64,000 nt of DNA from Dictyostelium discoideum. Its lineage: Eukaryota. The notes beneath the pieces were generated by a model, which saw only the letters and a program-made list of their open reading frames with translations, made no database searches and had not been told where the DNA came from. Positions 1 to 17,649 of the stretch are shown piece by piece; the stretch's first letter is position 1, and the number at the start of each line of letters is the position of its first letter. The position numbers and the translations under genes were made by a program. The DNA lies in NCBI GenBank assembly GCA_000004695.1, contig CM000153.2:3648001-3712000 (forward strand). Direction: 5' to 3'.

Positions 1-7523
<7,523 letters not shown>

Positions 7524-7654
7524 AAAAAAAAATAAAAAATATAATGAAAATAAAATAAAAATAGAATGACAAAAAAAAAAAAAAAAAAAAAATTATTGAA
7601 ATAAAAAATAATTGTAAATGGTATTTTTCATTTTTTTAATTTTTTTTTTTTAAT

Positions 7655-7853
7655 TTTTTACCACACCAATGATTTAAATCTCACAAACAAGATAAACTGT
7701 TTTTTTTTTTTGGAATTTTTTTTTTTTTTTTTATTATTTTTTGTAAGTGGGGTGTGAGATTTAAATCATTGGGCTATGTTGGGGTTGAAAAAAACGGTTT
7801 TTTTGGATTATTTTCACACAAGCTGTTTTTTTTTGGTGTGGTAAAAAATTAAA
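7655..7853. promoter_or_regulatory. Nested inverted repeats with G-box/CA-rich half-sites, lying between the 3' end of the large ORF and the cadA promoter
   Basis: CCAATGATTTAAATCTCACA (7666-7685) is the reverse complement of TGTGAGATTTAAATCATTGG (7753-7772). Outer arms TTTTTTACCACACC (7655-7667) and GGTGTGGTAAAAAA (7838-7848) are also complementary. GTGGGGTGTGAG at 7747-7758 resembles the GT-rich G-box bound by Dictyostelium GBF. Confidence 0.3.
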
Positions 7854-8016
7854 AAACTTCTCATTTATGAACGACAAGGGCATGATTAATTGAAAAAAGA
7901 GTATATTTTCATTTCCCAACAGAAAATATCATTATCACACACTTAATCTAGATATTAGAAAATTTATAATTATTTGAATAATAAAAATTATTATATTAAT
8001 TTTATTATTTTAAATT

Positions 8017-8047
<31 letters not shown>

Positions 8048-8148
8048 GTTTTTATCATTAAAAAAAAAACTATAAAAAGAAATTTTTTTTGTTTTCTTTT
8101 CATTAAATAAATTTCAAAAGTAAAAGGTATAGTATTAAAAATTAAAAA

Positions 8149-8978
8149 ATGTCTGTTGATGCAAATAAAGTAAAATTCTTCTTTGGTAAAAACTGCACTG
8201 GTGAATCATTTGAATACAACAAAGGTGAAACTGTAAGATTCAACAATGGTGATAAATGGAATGATAAATTCATGTCATGTTTGGTTGGTTCAAATGTTAG
8301 ATGTAACATTTGGGAGCATAATGAAATTGGTAAGTATTTATAAATATTTTCTATTTTTATAAATTATAAATAATATTAATAGGTTTAATTTATTATTATT
8401 ATTTTAATTTTAAAATATAGATACTCCAACTCCAGGAAAATTCCAAGAATTGGCTCAAGGCAGTACAAACAATGATTTAACCTCAATAAATGGTCTTTCA
8501 AAGTTCCAAGTCTTACCAGGAGCTTTTCAATGGGCAGTTGATGTTAAAATTGTCAACAAAGTTAATTCAACTGCTGGTTCATATGAAATGACCATTACTC
8601 CATACCAAGTTGATAAGGTTGCTTGCAAAGATGGTGATGACTTTGTTCAATTGCCAATTCCAAAACTTACTCCACCAGATTCTGAAATTGTTAGCCATTT
8701 AACAGTTCGTCAAACACATACACCATATGACTATGTAAGTTTATTATTATTATTATTATGATTATTATTAAATATATAATTAATTTCTCTTTTATTAATT
8801 TTTAATTTTTATCTTTCTATAAATAAAAAAGGTTGTAAATGGAAGTGTTTACTTTAAATACTCCCCAACAACTGGCCAAGTTACAGTTATTAAAAAAGAT
8901 GAGACATTCCCAAAGAATATGACTGTTACACAAGATGATAATACATCTTTCATCTTTAACTTAAACTCTGAAAAATAA
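8149..8978 (+). CDS. cadA: Calcium-dependent cell adhesion molecule DdCAD-1 (gp24), with 3 exons: 8149..8329, 8421..8734 and 8832..8978 (213 aa).
   Basis: Exon 1 encodes [60 protein letters not shown]. The donor is GTAAGT at 8330 and the acceptor ATAG at 8417-8420. Exon 2 ends ...HTPYDY with GTAAGT at 8735. Exon 3 reads [10 protein letters not shown]...NLNSEK*. The recalled DdCAD-1 sequence matches: a beta/gamma-crystallin-like N-terminal domain plus an Ig-like C-terminal domain, total 213 aa. Confidence 0.85.
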
Positions 8979-9063
8979 AACAATATGTTTTTTTTTCTCT
9001 TTAAGAAAACTTTAAATAATAAAATTATGAATTTCAGAAATTATTTAGGTCTTATTTTTATTT

Positions 9064-9297
9064 TATTTTTTTTTTTATTTGTTTCGATATTGGCTTAATT
9101 TGTAAATAACTTCATGTACACCAACGATATGACAAATTAAAATTGGGTCATTGCGATGGTGTTAAGAGATGTTTTATAGGCTCAGGGTTTCTAATTAGAA
9201 AATAAATCAGAAGTCAATAAAATTTCTTCAACTGGATCTTGGTGAAACGAAAGTGGTCTAATTTAATTATTTTTATTTATTTTTATGGAAGCGGGAA

Positions 9298-9331
<34 letters not shown>

Positions 9332-10440
9332 ACCTCAACCAATTAGGCAGTGTCTGAGTTTTATTTAATTTTATTTTGGTAGTATTTAAAAATTCTTAAT
9401 TATTTATGTAATTAGTATTGAATGAACAATAATGAACTAAATGTTCTGGTACATAAGTTCTCATTAATTGTGAATTCCAAGAGTGACTAAATTTTTCTAG
9501 CTTTTTCATTATTTTCCAAGTGTAGTCTAAATGAGGGTCTTTATTTCCAATCTTCTTAAATGATCTATTACTTTTAAAACGAAAGTATGGCGGGTCTTGA
9601 CGGCTTCTGTTGTGCCGTACCGGGGTGTCATGTCGGCCGTTTGTGCCGTCGGATGGTTTTGAAAACTACCTCCCCAGATTCGATTATAGTATTATAATCC
9701 CTCATTTCGGAGTTTTTAATTGCGGTACTTATTGGTCTGGTTATACATGTCTGAGGAGATTTTTGCTTTAACCCATCAATATGAGCAGTGTTTATTACTT
9801 CCTACTCTTGATCTAGGTCCTCTATGTTTATTACAAGCCAACAGGATATCGAACCGTTGTCCTAGGGTGTGCGTCGGTATTTACCTATCAGTGCCCTTCA
9901 AAGCGGGAAATTTTTTTTTTTTTTGAATTGGATAACGCAATTATTGGTTGCTTCTCCTTGAGATGCTAGATCTCATTTATTTTAGTATTTTTACAGGGTC
10001 TCTAAAAGAGGGGTTAGTTTACTTTTTTTTTTTTTTTTTTTTGTTTCTAATTTTGAATTGTATTATTACTTTTGATTAAAACATCTTTTTTGTCCAAACT
10101 TTTTTCAAAAACTTTTTTTATTTTATCGTCTGGCGACAGTTTGGCGGGTCTTGAAGTTGATGGTGTGACGAATACCCAACCTCCACTCATACTATCGGTG
10201 AAACCTTAAGCCACTTTCGTGACCGACACTCGCTCTCATCTCTCGCGCCACTCACTCGCCATTCGTCTTTATATATATTTTTACTTTTATCGACTTACTT
10301 TGTGTGAGCGCGATACCCCCTGTCTCCTTCCCGTTACTTGAAGTGTCTCGCCAGTGTACCACACGTTTACTATTGCAGTGACTGACTAACCAACGGCTTG
10401 CACTATCAGGGCCAATAAGCGGGAAATATGAAGCCAAAAA
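9064..10440 (-). mobile_element. Tandem array of three related non-coding, GC-richer repeat modules immediately upstream (19-26 bp) of the tRNA-Tyr gene. Likely remnants of tRNA-targeting retroelements (TRE5-type modules or DGLT-A solo LTRs); family not assignable.
   Basis: Units at about 9076-9300, 9590-9910 and 10143-10433. Units 2 and 3 both begin TGGCGGGTCTTGA and end CTATCAG(G/T)GCC..AAGCGGGAAAT, but their interiors differ. Read on the minus strand, each unit starts ATTTCCCGCTT and is followed at its low-coordinate end by an A-run (seen as plus-strand T-runs at 9301-9328, 9911-9924 and 9064-9075). This resembles successive poly(A)-terminated insertions with 5' ends facing the tRNA. Only short ORFs are present. 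The strand assignment is tentative. Confidence 0.4.
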
Positions 10441-10458
10441 ATAATTTAATTTCATCAA

Positions 10459-10541
10459 CCGGCTTTGGCGCAATGGTAGCGCGATTGACTGTAGTAATTA
10501 AAGTGATCAATCGGTTGCTAGTTCGAATCTGGCAAGCCGGA
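10459..10541 (+). tRNA. tRNA-Tyr (anticodon GTA) carrying an 11-nt intron after position 37
   Basis: Cloverleaf traced by hand. Acceptor CCGGCTT pairs with AAGCCGG. D-stem GCGC/GCGC with loop AATGGTA. Anticodon stem ATTGA/TCAAT. The anticodon loop CTGTAG is interrupted by TAATTAAAGTG. T-stem GCTAG/CTGGC with loop TTCGAAT. A T6 Pol III terminator lies at 10543-10548. Confidence 0.7.
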
Positions 10542-10567
10542 CTTTTTTAAAAAAATTTAAAGCCAAG

Positions 10568-10578
10568 GGTTCGATTCC
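10568..10578 (+). promoter_or_regulatory. External B-box (exB) about 27 bp downstream of tRNA-Tyr
   Basis: GGTTCGATTCC matches the B-box consensus GGTTCGANTCC. Extra downstream B boxes are a known feature of Dictyostelium tRNA genes and are implicated in TRE3 targeting. Confidence 0.45.
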
Positions 10579-10808
10579 TTGTAAAAAATGGTAGAATGAA
10601 AAAAGTCGAAACACACATGATCATGACTGTCACTTGCTGCTAAACCGTACCGCTATCAAGAGGATACAAGATACACGTGAAAAGTAATTCATCCTTTTCT
10701 ATCCTTAATCTCGGTCAATTTTAACCAATCTTTCGAAAAAAATCACCAATCCACCACGATCTACAGATCTAACTTACCAAATCGCCGATTCAAAGGAATC
10801 CCATCGAG

Positions 10809-11882
10809 ATGAATTCCTACGCAGACGCGGCTAAAATGGCCAACCCCTCCACCCATATGGACGAGGCATCGGAGAACTTCATTAAGGAATTCTCCACAAA
10901 AACAGCAGAGATAAAGGAAACTTACCCCAAACTATCAATAGGCCTCAAAGACATCTCCAAATACTGCGAGACCATATTGAACATGACTGCGCTCTCAACC
11001 TACGAGAAGAACAACGGATTCTACCCAATTACACTCGAATTCCCCAAAATGGATCTCAAGGGGTTAGAAGAAATGAGAAAAACACTCTCAAACTACGATA
11101 TCCCAATCGACAAGATATACATAGGCAAAGGAACTAGAAAAATGATCCACCTGATGATTAAAAACGAACAATCTCTCCTAAATATCATTAGAGATAGAAG
11201 CAAATTGGGAACCTTCATCACCTCCAGTAGAGACTTCCACGTCCTCACAGGAAGAGTAAGAATTCCCAGAGAAAAGGCAGGAATAGTGGACGCCCTCATC
11301 AAAACTGCCTTTGCAGAAGAAATACCCTATGCAATATACAATACTATATACTCCACCGACCACCTCATAGTATTCGGTCTAATAGAATGCAAAATAGGCG
11401 ATCAAATGAAATCTGGCCAACACATTACAGAAATCGCAAACTTTACCATCAGAACGGCCACCAAAACCTACTCCTCACAAAAGAAAAACAAGAAAGTAGA
11501 GACAAACAACACGGAGGAACCATTAGAAGATGAGATGACAGATCCTCCTAACACTCAAAACAGGATAGCAATCAAATCCTCTCAACCAAAACCACAACAA
11601 CAAACAAACAACTCAGCAAACAATCAGTCTGATAAACAATCAACACAAGAGAAAAAAGCTCAAGCAAAAAAGTCATCTCAACCTCTTCCCCCCAAAAACC
11701 CAGCAGAATTTCAATCTGTCAAACCCACCACAACCACTACCACAACATCCAACGCCATCCAAAAAGACAATGCCAACAAAACAAGCACTAACATCCATTC
11801 ATCCTCGGAAAACAGAGAGAAGACACTAAACATCCCTCCAACTATACACCGAATTTCAAAAACAAAACGACTACAACAATAA
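10809..11882 (+). CDS. TRE3 ORF1 protein (357 aa), basic with a Thr/Gln-rich C-terminus
   Basis: First long ORF of the element. Codon usage is GC-richer than host genes. It lies upstream of the RT-encoding ORF2. Confidence 0.65.
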   Translation: MNSYADAAKMANPSTHMDEASENFIKEFSTKTAEIKETYPKLSIGLKDISKYCETILNMTALSTYEKNNGFYPITLEFPKMDLKGLEEMRKTLSNYDIPIDKIYIGKGTRKMIHLMIKNEQSLLNIIRDRSKLGTFITSSRDFHVLTGRVRIPREKAGIVDALIKTAFAEEIPYAIYNTIYSTDHLIVFGLIECKIGDQMKSGQHITEIANFTIRTATKTYSSQKKNKKVETNNTEEPLEDEMTDPPNTQNRIAIKSSQPKPQQQTNNSANNQSDKQSTQEKKAQAKKSSQPLPPKNPAEFQSVKPTTTTTTTSNAIQKDNANKTSTNIHSSSENREKTLNIPPTIHRISKTKRLQQ

Positions 11883-11997
11883 GGCTAACATCAAAAATCT
11901 AATCTCCCTACTAGAGACAGAATTTAAAGACCAAGCCTTCGCAACCCTTTCAGCAATAAATGAATCTAAAAAAAGAGAAGAACAACTTAAACAAGAA

Positions 11998-14987
11998 TTG
12001 AACAACTATTGCGAAGAAACCTCACTCAAGTACATCTCCGCGAGAATCAAGAAAAGACACAATGATTTCACCATCAACGCAGTAAAAGATGCACAAGGTA
12101 GAACAATTAACAAACAGGAATTGATCGAAGAAGAATACGTAAAATATTACTCAAATCTTTATGACTACAAAGAAGATGACCCACTATCTCATTACGAAAT
12201 GTTGGAAAATTGGACAGTGACCAGGGACTCGACATGGGACAACCTTGAAAATGAATTCACCTCACAAGAAATCCTAGAAGTAATAAAACAACTGAACCCA
12301 CACAAATCTCCAGGTCCAGATGGAATTCCAAACTTATTCTACATAACACACAAAGAAAAACTAGCTCCAATACTGGCCTCAGCATTCAACGACACTCTAA
12401 GAAATCCTCATCTAATTAGCAAAAATTACAAAGAAGGCCTCATTATCACGATACCTAAAAAGGGAGACCCCGAACTAATCAAAAACAGAAGACCAATTAC
12501 ACTGGCTAACTGTATATATAAAATCCACTCAAAGCTAATAAACAATAGAATAATCCCAATACTAACGAAAGTGATCAACAACAATCAAAAAGGTTTCGTA
12601 CCAGGCAGATTCATTATAGATAATATCATATCAATGAACGAATTAATCAACTATTGTAATGATAAAAGAATTAACGGAATAATTACACTATATATTTCGA
12701 AAAAGCTTNNNNNNNNNNNNNNNNNNNNNNNNNNNNNNNNNNNNNNNNNNNNNNNNNNNNNNNNNNNNNNNNNNNNNNNNNNNNNNNNNNNNNNNNNNNN
12801 NNNNNNNNCTCATCTAATTAGCAAAAATACAAAGAAGGCCTCATTATCACGATACCTAAAAAGGGAGACCCCGAACTAATCAAAAACAGAAGACCAATTA
12901 CACTGGCTAACTGTATATATAAAATCCACTCAAAGCTAATAAACAATAGAATAATCCCAATACTAACGAAAGTGATCAACAACAATCAAAAAGGTTTCGT
13001 ACCAGGCAGATTCATTATAGATAATATCATATCAATGAACGAATTAATCAACTATTGTAATGATAAAAGAATTAACGGAATAATTACACTATATGATTTC
13101 GAAAAAGCTTTTGACTCGATCTCACACGGTTCAATACTTAGATCACTACAACACATCAACATTCCAACCAATATAATCAACCTGATAATGAATCTACTCA
13201 CCAAATCTGAAGCAAGAATTGAAATTAATGGTAGAACTACTATACCCTTTGAGATCAAAAGAGGAGTTAAACAAGGAGATCCACTATCACCCACACTGTT
13301 CGTCCTTGTAATAGAGGCTTTAGCTAGAAAAATTTTACAAGATGATCGAATTACTGGCCTTCCTCTAAACAACAGCAACCACAGAGAGAAATTCCAAAGC
13401 TTTGCAGACGACTCGGCTTCAATGGTCCCAGACTCTCAACAACTTGAATTAGTACTACAACACTTCAATTCATTTTGCAAAGCCACTTCCTCAAAACTAA
13501 ACATCGACAAATCTTCATCAATTCTTATAGGCAACCCAGACAATACCAACCAAAGAATTCCAATATCTACAAATCCAGAAAGATACTTGGGATACTTCTT
13601 CACAGGTAAAGGGATAACAAGAAAAATGCCAGAAATATTAAACACAATAAGATCATCCTTAGTACTATGGAAAACCACTGACTCAACAATAAAAACCAAA
13701 ACCAACATCCTCAAAGCATTCGCACTCTCTAAATTAACCTACTATTCATATGTAGAGAACTTTAAGGAAGAGGAATTAAACCAAATCAATAAATTAGTCG
13801 AATGGTTTTTATCGGCACCAAACAACAAAAATGCTAGTGGATTTCAAGTTATTAATTTAATGAGAACCAAAAGAGCAAGATACCCACTAAAAGTAGGGGG
13901 CTGGAACATTTGGAATATAGAATTGAGACAACTGGCGCAGAAACTTTGGATCATAAACCAGTTCATACTAGCACTAGAAACCAAACAAACAAACTCATCT
14001 CATCACAAAAGCTGGGAATATCAGATCCAAAAAAACAAATTCACATCCAGATACCTAAAAGAAAACTTAGACGAATGGAACAAAATAAGAATAAAAAAAG
14101 CAATCTTCAACAATAATCTCACATCCATAAAAAACGAAAATGGACAACCACTTTCACTGGCAGAATGGTATACCACAATTCAAGACCAAAATCCAACCAT
14201 CCCTAAAACTGAATTCCAATCATCTCTAAACTTAAGAGGCTACAGCTATAATCAACTCTTCAACAACATACTGAAGATAAAAGACCCTAAAACAAGAGAC
14301 ACAATGTTTAGATTCCATGCCAGATGTCTTCCAATAAACTACCTTCACAACAAACAATGCCCACTCTGCAAAGAAGATATGAGCAAAGACCCATACGGTC
14401 ACCTGTTCTTCTCATGCAAGAAAACAAAACAATTCATAAAAATAAATAAACTCAAAAATTTCATCTATATTACCACAGGCAAAGGTAAAAACTGGCACCA
14501 TACAAGAATTAGGCAAAATAACAATTTCATTAATAGAATAACTCCAAAATTATCACCGACATCCAAAAAAGATCAAGAAGTGAATGCAGATTACGCCAAC
14601 CACAGATCCCACAAAGAATACTTTGAATGGAACTATAAAGCAATAGACTATGATCTAACCAGATCATTCGCATATAGAAACCTAATGGCCCTTATCCTCC
14701 ACAACATTTGGATTTGGATTTGCAATCAAATATACAGTGAAGATCCTTTAACAGATGAATCACTATCATACAGCTCCCTTCTAAAGAAATGGCACAAATT
14801 GGCCACTCTAGAATACATCAAAAAAGCAAAAGATCTGAAAAACTTATCAGCAAAAGACCATAATAACTTCAAAGATCCTAAGATCCTTCTCACTTCAACG
14901 ATCAAGCTAAGAAAAACAACAGCTAATTACTATTGTATTCCAGAATCATCTCTCCCAAATATTATATCTTTTGATCAATTCATATGA
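11998..14987 (+). CDS. TRE3 ORF2 polyprotein (endonuclease/reverse transcriptase/Cys-rich C-terminal domain), interrupted by the 100-N gap and a flanking duplication
   Basis: ORF track pieces 11998..12879 and 12972..14987 share one reading frame logic. RT motifs and a CCHC-like motif are near the C-terminus. Sequence 12407..12708 is repeated at 12809..13110 with 2 small indels, flanking the N-run. Confidence 0.65.
12407..13110. other. Scaffold gap (100 N, 12709..12808) flanked by an approximately 300-bp near-identical direct duplication, a probable assembly artefact
   Basis: catctaattagcaaaaattacaaagaaggcctc...aattacactatat occurs on both sides of the N-run. The copies differ by 1-nt indels (aaaattacaaag vs aaaatacaaag; ctatatatttcg vs ctatatgatttcg). 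Confidence 0.6.
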
Positions 14988-15112
14988 TTAAAATAACCCT
15001 TCAGCTTAAATGATAAGCCTTTAAATAAATATTAAATAAAACTCGTATTAACACAGATGGACATATATCAATCTTGTTAATCCAATATTAAAAAAAAAAA
15101 AAAAAAAAAAAA

Positions 15113-15552
15113 CTTGCTGCTCAGGTTTAAAGAGTGATTTTTTCTGGGTAGTCAATCTTGTTAATATTAAAAAAAAAAAAAAAAAAAAAAAAATTCTGGG
15201 TATCAGGTAATGCAAATCCATGTCCATCAGGATGGTCAGTGGAATACCCAGTCAGAACTGCATCAATCACAAATAATCGATTAACTTGGTACTGGTGTGC
15301 AGATATATTCGATGTTGGTGGCATGTTGAGCAAAATACATTCTCATCAGTTCTAAATTGTGGTTATCAAGCCTATATTATTGGTACAATCACACCTTCAC
15401 AACAACCAATAGATATTTGGTTAATTCATTTTGTTCAAATGATGGTTCTATGGTTAGATCAAATACTAAACCAATAACATCTGATGCTACTAAAAATTTA
15501 TGTGCAAAAGGGAAAATAACAATCACCAATTCAAATATTGATACCTCTTGAT
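15113..15552 (+). pseudogene. Decayed fragment of the Cys-rich N-terminal domain (exon 1) of the EGF-repeat gene at 23667..24240. It has frameshifts and no start or signal peptide.
   Basis: Nucleotide and protein similarity to 23700-24150 (minus) and 52150-52540. The shared motif is ...SGNANPCPSGWSVEYPVRTASITNNRLTWYWCADI.... The reading frame is broken into three overlapping short ORFs (15158..15355, 15286..15477, 15357..15551). Confidence 0.6.
15151..15193 (+). mobile_element. Extremely 5'-truncated TRE3 insertion consisting of the last 18 nt of the element 3' UTR plus about A25, flanked by a 9-bp TSD
   Basis: GTCAATCTTGTTAATATT + A25 matches the terminus of the large element (ATCAATCTTGTTAATCCAATATT + An at 15067-15111). 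It is flanked by TTCTGGGTA at 15142-15150 and 15194-15202. The paralogous uninterrupted sequence at 52190 reads TTCTGGGCATCAGG. Confidence 0.6.
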
Positions 15553-15996
15553 AAAAAATAAGCCCAAAAACAAAAATAAAAAATAAAAAATAAAAAATAA
15601 AAATAAAAAAGTGAAAAAATAAAAAATAAAAAATTAATTTTATAATTTTATAATTTTATTATTTTATTATTTAATTTTATTATTTAATTTTATTATTTTA
15701 TTATTTATTATTTAATTATTTAATTATTTAATTATTTATAAAATTTTAAAAAATAAATAAACATCTATTGCTTAAGATGTAAATCTAGATCTTACAAATA
15801 GAATGTATTTTGGATCCATTTCACTATTTTATATTTTTTCTATTGTTTTTTAAAAGATTAAAGCAAGGAATTCTTAGTTTTAAAATTAAAAAAAAAAAAA
15901 AAAAAAAACGTATTGACGTTATTTTTTTTTTTTTTTTTCTAATCACTTTTTTTTTTTTTTTTTAATTTTTATTTACTTTTTTAATATTTATCAAAA

Positions 15997-17463
15997 ATGG
16001 AACTCATACTCTATAATAATAATAATAATAATAAAAATAAAAAAAAGAATTATAATGACAAATTATTTTTTAAAATTTGGAAAAATAAAATTATAAGGAA
16101 TGAAATAATTCATCATTTAAAAATTTATAATATCCATTCAATTAAATTAAATCCTTTTAATGGTAAAAAAGAATTTGAAGAATATAAATATAACAGTTAT
16201 CTTTTGTATTTAGATTTAATAGTATTTGAAAATGAAAATTTAGAAATTGGAACGATACCAAAGGATTCATGTATTAAAGAATTAACAATTAGACAATTTT
16301 TTAATTGTAAAAATGAATTAATAATAAAAGAGAATAGTTTACCCAAGTCGATAAAATCACTTGATATTAGTCGTTGTAATTTTAATCAAAACAATTTAAA
16401 TAATAAAATATTTGGTCAATCAATAACTCATCTTTATTTGGGTACTGGATTTAATAAAAGTCTTGGTGGCAATTGGTTACCTAGTAATTTACAACATTTA
16501 GAAATTCATAGCATGATGTTTAATCAAGATATTAAAATTGGACAATTACCAGAGTCACTTACAATTTTAAGGTTAAATCATTATTATGATGGTTTGATTG
16601 AAACTGGTTCAATTCCTCCCAAAGTTATAAATCTTCATTATAAATTTGATTCAAATTATAATAAGAGTTCATTTGATCAACATTGTTTTATTCCAAAGTA
16701 TATGACATCATTAGAATTTGATTATGAATTTAATCAACCAATCATTGTTGGTACCATTCCAAAGAATATAACATCAATTAAATTTGGTAATCAATTTAAT
16801 AGTGAAATTAAAGAGAATTCATTACCAAAATTAGTTTCTTCAATTACATTTGGTCATGGGTATAGTCAACCAATTAATAATATAAATATTTTACCACCAA
16901 ACCTAACAAAATTAGAATTTGGATATCATTTTGATCAACCAATTGATTCAAATAATTTTCCCTCCTCTATTACCTCTTTAAAATTTGGTGAAAATTTCAA
17001 TAGAGATCTAAATGAATCATTTTTTAAAAAACTTTATCATTTAAAGGTTTTAGAGGTTGGTTTGTATTTTAAAAAAATAATATCACCAAATTCATTACCT
17101 AATTCATTAAAACAATTAAGTTTGGGTGATAGATATAATCATAAATTAACAATTAATACCCTACCATCATCTTTAGAAATATTAAAATTGGGTAGATATT
17201 ATAATCATTCTATTGAAGCTGGTGTACTACCTCCAAATTTAAAATCATTATATCTTGATGGTAATAGTCATATTTTAGATCTAACTCCATCTGGTTGTTT
17301 ACCAAATAATCTACAATATATTTATTTTAAACATTCACCTCCAATTCTATGTCCAACTACAACTCCATCATCTTTAAAATCAATTATATTAACTTCAACT
17401 TTAGAATTAAATAAATTTAAAGAATTTATTGATAATCCCTTCTTTTTTAAATATTTAAAATAA
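15997..17463 (+). CDS. FNIP-repeat-containing protein (488 aa)
   Basis: Multiple approximately 22-aa repeats with F-N/G-x-x-F-N/D-Q-P-I motifs (FGNQFNSEI, FGYHFDQPI, FGENFNRDL). The N-terminus NNNNNNKNKKKNYNDKLFFKIWKNKIIRNEII is typical of the Dictyostelium FNIP family. Confidence 0.75.
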   Translation: MELILYNNNNNNKNKKKNYNDKLFFKIWKNKIIRNEIIHHLKIYNIHSIKLNPFNGKKEFEEYKYNSYLLYLDLIVFENENLEIGTIPKDSCIKELTIRQFFNCKNELIIKENSLPKSIKSLDISRCNFNQNNLNNKIFGQSITHLYLGTGFNKSLGGNWLPSNLQHLEIHSMMFNQDIKIGQLPESLTILRLNHYYDGLIETGSIPPKVINLHYKFDSNYNKSSFDQHCFIPKYMTSLEFDYEFNQPIIVGTIPKNITSIKFGNQFNSEIKENSLPKLVSSITFGHGYSQPINNINILPPNLTKLEFGYHFDQPIDSNNFPSSITSLKFGENFNRDLNESFFKKLYHLKVLEVGLYFKKIISPNSLPNSLKQLSLGDRYNHKLTINTLPSSLEILKLGRYYNHSIEAGVLPPNLKSLYLDGNSHILDLTPSGCLPNNLQYIYFKHSPPILCPTTTPSSLKSIILTSTLELNKFKEFIDNPFFFKYLK

Positions 17464-17543
17464 AAAAATAAAAAATAAAAAATAAAAAATTAAAAAAAAA
17501 AAAAAAAAAAAAAGTTTCCTTTTTTCTTGAGAATTAAAAAAAA

Positions 17544-17578
<35 letters not shown>

Positions 17579-17649
17579 CGGAAAATTGAATTGTCCTTAA
17601 AGAAAAAAAAAAAAAAAAAAAAAAAATTTCAATTACAATTTGTCGTGAA

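Larger units (their letters stand above)
10642..15111 (+). mobile_element. TRE3-type tRNA-gene-targeted non-LTR (LINE-like) retrotransposon, near full length (5' UTR, ORF1, ORF2, 3' UTR, poly(A)). It is inserted 99 bp downstream of tRNA-Tyr in the same orientation. A 100-N scaffold gap at 12709..12808 lies inside ORF2.
   Basis: A perfect 10-bp target-site duplication ACTTGCTGCT sits at 10632-10641 and 15112-15121. A24 poly(A) at 15088-15111. ORF1 (357 aa) followed by an ORF2 with reverse-transcriptase motifs (…KNRRPITLANCIYKI…, …YDFEKAFDSISHG…, FADD) and a C-terminal Cys/His motif CPLCKEDMSKDPYGHLFFSCKKT. Position and orientation relative to the tRNA fit the TRE3 class (TRE5 inserts about 48 bp upstream). 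The subfamily (A-D) is not assignable from memory. Confidence 0.75.

Noticed and set aside
9720-10473. ORFs 9720..9926 (+) and 10252..10473 (-) within the repeat modules, the latter overlapping the tRNA
   Set aside because: They are short, lie in non-coding GC-rich repeat modules, and one overlaps a tRNA gene. There is no coding periodicity.
13052-13714. Minus-strand ORFs (13052..13378, 13436..13714; also 62579..62905, 62963..63400 and 11093..11363) inside the retrotransposon
   Set aside because: They are antisense to the ORF1/ORF2 coding sequence and have no independent support. They are identical in both TRE copies because the elements are identical.
15555-15760. Periodic AAAAATAAAAAATAAAA / TTATTTTATTATTTAATT arrays that look superficially like a repeat-spacer array
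   Set aside because: These are simple low-complexity A/T minisatellites without unique spacers or conserved direct repeats. They are typical intergenic DNA here.
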